DNA of 32,257 nt. It comes from Gonapodya sp. JEL0774. Taxonomy: Eukaryota. Numbering within the stretch: position 1 is the first letter of the stretch; every line of letters begins with the position of its first letter. The notes beneath the pieces are model-generated. The model saw only the letters and a program-made list of their open reading frames with translations. It searched no databases and was not told the origin of the DNA. The position numbers and the translations under genes are program-made. Location: positions 1 through 32,257 of the forward strand of contig JADIIX010000195.1 in assembly GCA_027604505.1 (NCBI GenBank), in the 5' to 3' direction. This document shows, piece by piece, positions 23,701 to 32,257 of this stretch.

Positions 23701-24793
23701 GGGCTTCGGTGAGCACTAAAGATGGAACAAAGCTTGAAAGTTCAGCCGGCTATGAGGGACCACTGTCTAATCTCACTGTCGGTTTGCCCATGGGCGGCCT
23801 CACAATCTTCACCGTAAACACATTTTTGCGTCTCTTCAAATGACTAGAGACAGAGTAAAGGTCAGCATACGATAAATCGTTCTAGAGAAACGCTGACGCA
23901 CACGACACATGACCGTTTTGTAATTGCGGCCCTTCCACTTCTTGTATGCCTCCTCGAGCTCCTTCTCTTGCGCTTCTTCATCTGCCGAAAGCACATTTTT
24001 CAGAGACGGGTCGATAACAACCTTCGTTTTGTCGACAATCCGCACACATCGCACGTTCAAGGACTCGATCGCTTGGGCAACGGAGCGGAAAGAAGAATTA
24101 TATTCTGAGGAACATCTAAATTAGTCGAGCTTGGTTCCACCTGAGGCAAGGACACAATCAGGATCAACTCGCCTTCGGCCACCAATCTCTGTCCGTGTGC
24201 GAAGTAAAACATATCGCAAAGGACGTGAACATCTATCGGACGCTTTGTCCTCACGAGTCCTAGAAGCTGATGCTTAAAGACAGCTAAACTCCTGTTTCGA
24301 TGTGGTGGATGAATCACAGTCTCTCTGCGGAAGTTTCCGTGATGAGCGGGGGCTTCGGGGTCGCGAGCGGAGAGTGGAAGCAGCCCGACCAGGCGAACAA
24401 GGCTGCAATGATAGCCTGGGAATGTATTGACAACAAATACATCCGAATAGCTGTTGGCGGACAGAGTTTTCCAGAAATTAGAGGATGTCGAGGATGTCAC
24501 CACACTCGCATCCTTAGCACCCACACTCTCAGGAACGCATCGAGTTTGTTCCCTTCCATATTGACCATCGCCGGTTCAATCCTGGGTTCTCCATCACTCA
24601 TTGGTTTATCCTCGGCCCCAGAACTTCGGGCGGCAGCGTAAGTTTGGATGGACTTGTCAAATTCGCCATCTGGGTATTTTGCAAGGAACTGCTCGCGAAC
24701 TTCGTCGATGGGGATGAAGAGAACTCCATCCCATAATTGAGCAAATTCTTCAAGGAATTGCACGCCTTCAACGGGCAGGTCCAGCACATTCAT
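20718..24793 (-). CDS. Large multi-exon protein with about 7 LOTUS/OST-HTH-like repeats and one CCCH zinc finger (putative RNA-binding scaffold); start may lie slightly upstream
   Basis: About 12 exons joined in phase through GT/GC-AG introns. The exon ending ...VIVDENLIQ runs in frame into the ORF MVRERT (22927), which links the upstream and downstream halves. The CCCH finger NYKTVMCR|SFEETQKCVYGEDCEAAHG has exact C-x8-C-x5-C-x3-H spacing. The repeats show a Y/F-x3-Y/H-G-x2-L pattern. The LOTUS assignment is by eye. Confidence 0.72.
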
Positions 24794-25292
24794 AATGGGC
24801 GATGTTGATATGAAGACACGCTCTCGGTCTGGGGAATAGGGGATATTGGGGACCGGACCCTGGGTATCACGACGAAGACGTCTAGAAGCAAAACGCTTCA
24901 AAGCTCCGGGATATAGCTTTGTGGTTTGGCTGGATGATGGGATAAACTGATGGAGGCGGGCGTTGGTGGGAACTAAACCCCGGTGTTGACCACCCGACTT
25001 CGTGTGTTGACTGATGAGCTTGCATGTTTGGTTCACTTGAAAATTCACATAAGCTCGCCCTGTAATAATTGTGATGAAATTTGAAGAGCAGCCTCTCGAA
25101 ATCACATGAAAGTCTATTCTTAGTTTACTTTACGGATAAGTAACATCTCACGGGGAGCTCATCAAACCACCTTCTTGTTATCCTTCACTAAGTGGACGAG
25201 CAATTATGTAGCTTGGACGAAATCTATGCTCATGTGCACGGCCGAGTACACACACTCGAGCCCGCTTGCTCTTGGAACCCATTCTTCAAACG

Positions 25293-27405
25293 ATGTCTGG
25301 AGAAGACGATAACGGCTGGAGATTTGCACAGTGTGTTCTTTTGCTGCATGCTATGTTAGGACGCCGTGTTGTATCCTACTTCTGCTCATCCCGCGTTTGT
25401 TTCATGTGGCACTCCAAATTGCACAACCGATTGCATCCTCGTCATCGTACCTCATCCGCTAACGCGAAGGTGTTTTGGTGATAAGGGTGATGTTGAAGAT
25501 GTCACTGAAGGTGATTGGAACTTCGATTCCTGGAACGTCAGGTTGAGTGGTGGGAGTGGAGAGCTGTGTTGGCTTCGTGACTGTCGTGCTGCCATGGAGG
25601 ATCGCTAGCATCCTGTCACGAACAGAAAGCCCGAAAAAATTGTGGCTTGTTTCACCCGGGAAGCCGGTGTAATTTGCGAGGGAGCTCCCACTCTCAGTCT
25701 TTATCCGAATACCTGGAGAGATGCTCCCCATGCTCTTTGAAGCTCTTAGCGGACTGATACGCTTTCTATGTGCTTTTGGTCAGCCGACATTATCTCGGCC
25801 GTCGAGTTTGATGAGACAGGGGATTACCTCGCAACAGGGGACAAGGGTGGTCGAGTAGTGCTGTTCGAGCGGAATGAGGGGGTGAGTCCCTCAGGGATTT
25901 TCATCATTAATGAGCGTAATTTAATTTCTATTCGCGGCCTGTTTTGTCTCGACTTTCGGGTTCCCGCCGCGACAGAAGAAGGGCTGCGAGTACAAATTTT
26001 ACACAGAGTTTCAATCACACGAGCCGGAGTTCGACTACCTCAAGAGTTTGGAAATCGAAGAAAAAATCAACAAAATTCGGTGGTGCAAGCGACAAAACGC
26101 AGCGCACTTTCTGCTGTCGACCAATGGTGATGGACGCTTCCTTTCATGACCATGATCGGCCAAATGTCTGAGCGTTCTCCACCTTGCAGACAAAACCATA
26201 AAGCTATGGAAGATCTTTGAGAAATCCATCAAACTTGTAGCTGAAAACAACTGCTCGGAGGGTGATAACCCTTCAAAGTTCACCCGGGAGACCCTCAAAC
26301 TACCTAAGCTCATCCACCAGGACACGATGATCGCTGCCATTCCTCGTAAAATTTACTCGAATGCGCATGCTTACCATATCAACTCCATATCAGTCAATTC
26401 CGATGGGGAGACTTACCTCAGTGCCGACGACCTTCGCATCAACTTGTGGAATTTAAACGTAGCAGATCAAAGTTTCAGTGAGTATGATTTTACATGATAT
26501 TTCTGTGCTTTTGGGTTCTATCATACGGTGTGACTTGTAATCGTCTCAACTCGTGCACAGACATTGTCGATATCAAACCCGTTAATATGGAGGAACTGAC
26601 AGAGGTCATCACAGCTGCCGAGTTCCATCCTATATCCTGCAATACTTTTATGTACTCGAGCAGCAAAGGTACCATCAAACTCGCGGACATGAGGATGGCG
26701 GCCCTCTGTGATCAACATGCCAAAGGTGCGAATAAATGGCGTTTACCGGTGATATAGAAATTTCAAATGATCGGGACTTCACAGTATTCGAAGAAGAGGA
26801 GGACCCTCAGAACAAATCATTCTTTTCCGAAATCATATCCTCCATCTCTGACGTGAAGTTCACCCGAGACGGGCGCTACATAGTTTCCCGTGACTATCTG
26901 ACGTTGAAAGTCTGGGATATCAACATGGAGAGCAAACCTGTCCAAACAATACTTATACACGACTTACGGAGCAAGCTCTGTGACTTGTACGAGAACGATT
27001 GTATTTTTGACAAGTTCGAGTGCACAGTAAGCGGGGACGGGAGGTGAGTGAGAATCTGGTTACTGCATATGGAAGCCATGTCAGTCAACAGGCACTCGTT
27101 TGCGTTCTGTCAGTCACGTTTTAACGGGGTCGTATAGCAACTACTTTCATATCTACGATCGGAACGGGAAAAGCGATATCGTTCTCCAGGCGGACAAATC
27201 AGCCTTCAAGGCAAAGAAGGCCGGTTCTGCGAAGAACAAACCGACAGTGACGGCAGGCAAGGGTAAAGTCACGAAGAAGGAGGAGTTGTTGAACGTGGAC
27301 TCATTGGACTTCGGGAAGAAAATCTTGCATGCGAGCTGGCACCCGCGGGAAAACACAGTTGCGCTAGCGGCGACGAACAATTTGTTCTTGTTCCAGCAAG
27401 TTTAG
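25293..27405 (+). CDS. CDC55: Protein phosphatase 2A regulatory subunit B55 (WD40)
   Basis: Spliced sequence [56 protein letters not shown], then [95 protein letters not shown] and KILHASWHP...AATNNLFLF; 7 introns. Confidence 0.97.
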
Positions 27406-27776
27406 TGAAGGCGACCCGCGTTGTTAAATGTGTTTTCCTTGTTTAGAGTTCGAGCTGAGGCGGTAAAGGTGACATTGAGGAGTGTCACTTAATGGAGCAT
27501 GTACGGGGATTGGGAAGCCTGTATTTTAGCCCAGTTTGAGCAAATATAAGGGTGCATGGTGGAGTCTGGTCGGTGTTGTGGACACGGAAGCCCCTTCAAG
27601 CTTTTGCCACAATTGGTCTCAATCCCCGCAAATTTGAAACTCTTCCTCTACAGTTGTTCCCTTTGCTGTTCGCGCTTCAGAACAGCTTTAACCTCCAGCG
27701 CTCACTCAACCGTAATTCGTCGATTCAGCTTAGTTGATTTGGTCGGCTGAACCCCTCCCCAAGAAGGCCGGCACCA

Positions 27777-30169
27777 ATGCGCTCCGCAGAAGCCCTTCTC
27801 TTGGACGACCAGCAGCTCAGCCCTGTCCACACGAGCCAGCATGTTGATTTTCTCTCGCACGAGTTTGAAGGCGTGCAGCTTGTCCGGACTGCTAGAAGCA
27901 TACGTCACTTATCCGATCCATCCAACCCAGAAAGCGTTGGAATCCGGCTCAAACACCACGGCAGAAAAGGTCGGCTCCGAAAGAGAAAGCAAACCGATAC
28001 TGGTACTCGAGAGAACATAGAGAATCGCCCCATTTCCTCGAACGGCTCGACAACAAGTGTACCATTGACCCTCGGTGGTGGGAACGGGATCGACCCGATC
28101 GTGGACTCAGACTCTGGCTCAGACAATGACTCAGAAGATCTTGATGATGACCCTACGAGACCTGATACTTGCCATCGAGTCGTTCAGACGCACGAGACAC
28201 GCAAGGTTCGCCTTCAAAACATACTGTGGAGGTTGTGGGCAGTGAAGACTCTTTCGTTGCCCGGTACTGATCCACGAGACCTGAATTGTAAGTGCCGTAA
28301 TCTATAGGTTTTTGGTGATAATTGAGATGCTGACAGTGTCTATGCACACGTCTAAAAGGGGACAAGTCAGCAGATGCTACAAGCCTTTACGGCCCACTAC
28401 CAATACTTCCACCGCCCATTTGGATCGACCCCCCCATCTCAAGCTCGGATTCTTCTTCTTCTAGAAAGAGCTTTGCGGATTGCGACCCCTTGATCAACGT
28501 TGTTGGCGCCGTTCCAACCTTCTCATCTAGGAATACCCCAACCGTTACACGGCCACGGACGAGCTCCTTTAACTCTCGCTCGTTTGGCGCCTTCAGCCCT
28601 AACTCTTTTAGCTACTCCGTTCACTCGCTTTCTGCATTTTCGGACCAGTATTCCGGGGTGACACCACCGCAGCGTGTGCGGGGGGTCCTCCGTGTGCGAC
28701 CACCCCAAAATGCCCTTGACGTTGCCGCAGAACTTGACAAACTTGATGCTTTAAATGAGGAGTATTGTTTGTTCCACGAGGGTACCAACAATCTCAGATT
28801 CGGTGGCGGGCCGAAAACAGTCAGGAGCCAGGAGACAATTTCAGACGAAATGGACGATGGCGAGTGCCAGTGTGCGGAATGCGTGGGCGACATCACCCTC
28901 AACATGTACGATACGGCTTTCAACGAAGCTCCAATTCTACCTTACCCGCTTTCAGTTCAAGACCGAGTGCGGGTTGCCCTAGGCATCAAGTCACTCGAGG
29001 TCGTGCTCACGGAGATGGCAGCAATAGAGGCCGCTGCTCTTGCTAAGGAGGATTTAGAGCGAGATAGACTCGGTCTGAGTGACACCGAGGATAGCACGAG
29101 CGATTTTGGGTTGACCATGTCCAATTTGACACCATTACGCCTACCTCGAGGAGGTGTGACCCAGGACGGAACCTCGGCCAATCCCAAAGCCAAGACCCGA
29201 CGGAAACGAAGGGTCGAATTTGAGAAGAAGGTGGAGCAGGCGGTCATTGTGTACCCGGACGAGGAGAGCATCCTGGAGGAGGAAGATGAAGACGAAGATA
29301 CTACTGCGTTCCTCTCCAGCTCGCCGTTGCGGACGTACTACTCTCCAGATGGAGAATCCATTCCAAAATCGTCTTCAAGGCAAGACGTTAGCGACTTTTT
29401 CGACAAGGACTACATTGGCAGCTATCGGCGGCCCCCCATGCCAGTCTACCGCCTTCCGCACGGCCAACGGCATTGGGGACCCGGCCAATACGGCTTCAAC
29501 CACGTACATGTCGGGCACCACCAACGCCACCGTAAATCAGGGCATTCTGTTCGCCGCATTCCGAGCACCGACGAGCTCTATGAAACCGCCTCGTCGAGCT
29601 CTACTATCGGCCGCAACCCCTCTCTTGACGGTCTCTCCGATTCACCCTCTGTAAATTCACTGAAGAAATTCGGCCGCTCCGGCCGTGTCCCTCGCTTCAG
29701 CAGTGGGAGCAGTCTCACGTTTGTTGGTTCCAACTCAGGCCGCACAGCGAGCACTGTGTCCATGAGTAGTACGGGCACGGCCTCATCACTTGGTGACAGC
29801 GAATCCGCTTCGAGCACGCGTCGACGCCGTAGAAAGCCTGCAGGGTTCCGACGCATTGAGAGTGGAGACCTCGCAGAGCCCGGGGTATCAGTTCCACAAT
29901 CACACATGGGGGGAAAACGGCGAAATCCACGACGCACTGATGCCGACCCAACGAGTAATGGCCGGAAGGATGAAGAGGAGGAGGATACGTCAGGGTCTAA
30001 GAGCTACATTGGCTACGTTGCTGATGTGGCAGGTCAACGCGTTGGCACAGCGCTGGCCTACGTGGGCGTGGACCAAGGAACAATTGCGAGGGGAAGAGAG
30101 GTGCTGGACAATGTGAGAGAGATGGCTGGGTGGTTGGGTGTGGTTGCCGGGTTCGCTGGGTGGATATAG
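27777..30169 (+). CDS. Reg1-like protein phosphatase 1 regulatory subunit (DUF1752-type N-terminal motif)
   Basis: HVDFLSHEF...RLQNILWRLW...DPRDLN|WDKSADATSLYGPL, with one intron at about 28288-28357, resembles the Reg1 pattern VDYLSH..RLENASWR..LNW.K..D.TWLYGPL. There is a PP1-docking RVxF-type motif RRVEFEKKVEQ near 29208 and long Ser-rich disordered tracts. Confidence 0.75.
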
Positions 30170-30395
30170 GTTGTCACAAATTCCTGCACATGCTGTTTCC
30201 TTTTTTGCTTTGTCCGAATTTCTGGAAAGAGAACATTTGCGTACGTACTTCATCTCTTTTTCCTTTTGGACGGTTATGTTTTGGATTTCCAAGGGTAACG
30301 ATCATGAAAGGAAAGTAATGTGTGTACAGCGACGCTAATGTGTCAATATTCATTTGTCTTCCATATTATATTTCTACACGTCCTTCGTGCGTTCA

Positions 30396-31314
30396 TCATC
30401 CAAAGAGCGAAAAGTCTACGATTGAAAAGCTGTTCACCAGGTCTGTGAACTCGCCATGACCAGTGGACAAACCCCCACCACCGTTCGGTACCACAACGCC
30501 GTTCGCAACAACTGCGCCACCACCACTGGCATTGGCCACTGCGCCAGCGCTACTACTCTCTGTCGAAATGAGTGCCGGATCATTGTAGGTGATGACAATG
30601 TCGCTCGAATGAGGTGCCGGCAGGCGAACCACAGCGAGGTGGACATTCACGAGGTTGCGCGCGTTTTCCCGATACTTTGAGATAAGAGAGCGACCGTGGA
30701 CGAGGGAGACGATCGCGTTGGAACTGGGGGGCGAATGGAACGGTCGTTGTGCGTGACGGGAGGTGCAAAGGTACAGTGTACAGAGCATGAGCGAGCAATA
30801 CATATTTTTCCAGGTAAGTGCAGTGACGGCGGTACCGCACTTGTCCGCTAACTCACGGAAGTTTGGGGAAAGCAGAACCTGAATAATTCTCGACGTTGAG
30901 GATCTGCGACTGCTCCTTGGCGTCGTTCTCCTCTGCAATGTTCCAAAAATGCCAGCTGCAAATCAAACACAAAACATAAGGAGTCTATATGAGATTCTCC
31001 ATGGCCATCAAAAACTGTGTATCGGGCAAAAGGAACACCGGACAACCCATTCTCACCTCCCGCACTCTGCACCAGCCACATCAGCAACTTCCAGGATCTC
31101 GATGATCACGCTCGCATCTGTTTGCGAGTGTACAAAGACCTCTTGGGTATCTGGGATCTCGCGAAGCTGGCTGACGGCCGGGGTGGGTGGTTGTCAGCGA
31201 CAAGGTTTCGTGCACTCAAGAATGATCAGAAACCGACGATACATACCTCGCATCGAGAAATCCATCAGATATTTTGGCTTTGATTGCACCACCGAAGAGT
31301 TCGCGAAGAGCCAT
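30396..31314 (-). CDS. MOG1: Ran guanine-nucleotide release factor Mog1
   Basis: Spliced sequence MALRELFGGAIKAKISDGFLDAS|QLREIPDTQEVFVHSQTDASVIIEILE...WHFWNIAEENDA...ISKYRENARNLVNVHLAVVRLPAPHSSDIVITYNDP...SFSIVDFSLFG*, which carries the hallmark Mog1 motifs. Confidence 0.92.
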
Positions 31315-31665
31315 GGTCGGGTGATGGAATTAGAAGCATTTATATATGGTTGTGGACAGTCTGGCGAGAATCAAAGGCCACAGCGCTTGCTGAACTACTG
31401 AAGTTTGATGGAATCGCTGAAACCGCTGAAACCCAAGAACTAACTCGTTCACTCAAATGAATACATTTTCTTTCGAGATTGCGGTGATTTCACTTAGTCC
31501 ATTATTCCATGTCTTTGTTGATGAGTGAGGGGCAAGTCGCTGCACAAGCTGTGTACTCGGAAGTACATATCACTTCAAACATGAGTTCATACAAACATAA
31601 ATACACGAAATCCGGTAAAAAGTCCATTCTACACGCCCACCCCATCCCCTCCTTCATCCCCGCCT

Positions 31666-32257
31666 CTATATCGCTTTCCCCTTCCCCTTATCCCTCCTGT
31701 CCGCCGGCACGACACGTTCGCTCCCTTGAGGCGTACTCTCACCGACCACGGTGTCCAGCCGGCTGATGTCCCCCCTCATCTCCCGTAAGGCATCCAGAAT
31801 CTCCTCGAGCGAGGACACGAGAGGTGCGAGGGGGGGTACGTGTACCTGGTGCGAGCAGCGGCGTGGGAAGAGAAGAAGGATGGTTGGATGTCGCATAACA
31901 TCGCAAAGGTTCGTTCAACAGTAGAGCTTGAGTGTACTTCTTGTGAAAGGTTCGCGTGCCACACCAGACATTTTGCTCAAGCGGTCATGATCCTCTCCGG
32001 TCTATCCCCTCTTCCACACAACGCCACGAGCGTCACCCTTTTCCATTGGGTTCCACTCGAAGTACCCATCCGCCACTCTAAGATTCCAAGAAGGCACTTT
32101 TCCAGAAAAACACCACACTTACCCCAACACCTTCCAGCTCATCCTTTCCCCTGCCAGTCACCCCATACGCCGCCGCGCCCCACCGAATATCCGCTGCCCG
32201 GCTCGCCGTCCGGTTTCGGACGAGATGGTTGAAGAGGGTGATGAGCGTGCTGAGGGA
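31666..32257 (-). CDS. 3' end of an unidentified gene (last two exons about 32123-32257 and 31666-31845)
   Basis: Open frame from the window edge to a GTAAGT donor at 32122. A phase-0 CAG acceptor at 31846 after a pyrimidine tract gives ...ELEGVG|VHVPPLAPLVSSLEEILDALREMRGDISRLD...KAI*. No recognisable motif. Confidence 0.5.

Noticed and set aside
25068..25200. Box C-like GTGATGA suggesting a C/D snoRNA
   Set aside because: No suitably placed CTGA box D or terminal stem was found.
25660..25690. TAATTTGCGAGGGA resembling the 3' end of a TPP riboswitch
   Set aside because: The upstream CTGAGA and GAAC(C/T)TGAT elements are missing, and the host gene is unrelated to thiamine.
17063..30169. Functional cluster of INTS4, PP2A-B55 and a PP1 regulator
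   Set aside because: The Integrator-PP2A complex uses the A and C subunits rather than B55, and neighbourhood alone is not evidence of a cluster in a eukaryote.
1..32257. tRNA/rRNA genes, transposons, CRISPR arrays, selenocysteine read-through
   Set aside because: None recognised. The stop codons I examined in coding regions are explained by introns with ordinary splice signals.

Overview
Intron-rich eukaryotic DNA, most likely from an early-diverging fungus (chytrid or monoblepharid-like). This is inferred from a fungal Zn2Cys6 factor, Reg1-like and Lrg1-like genes, an Integrator subunit and short introns with fungal branch points. Gene order: RPC1 (5'-truncated, +), Zn2Cys6 transcription factor (+), LIM-RhoGAP (+), TDP1 (+), INTS4-like (+), a large multi-exon minus-strand gene, CDC55/B55 (+), Reg1-like PP1 regulator (+), MOG1 (-) and a partial unknown gene (-). 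The most interesting result is that the scattered minus-strand ORFs at 20718-24793 splice into ONE protein. It carries about seven LOTUS/OST-HTH-like winged-helix repeats, arranged as three A-B pairs plus a final copy, and a Tis11-type CCCH finger, making it a candidate RNA-granule or RNA-decay scaffold. Other signals: three GC-AG introns with an identical G|GCGAGT donor, fold-back structure in the long introns, and a C-rich to G-rich oscillation phased to splice sites at both window ends. All gene models were spliced by hand, and no database search was run.
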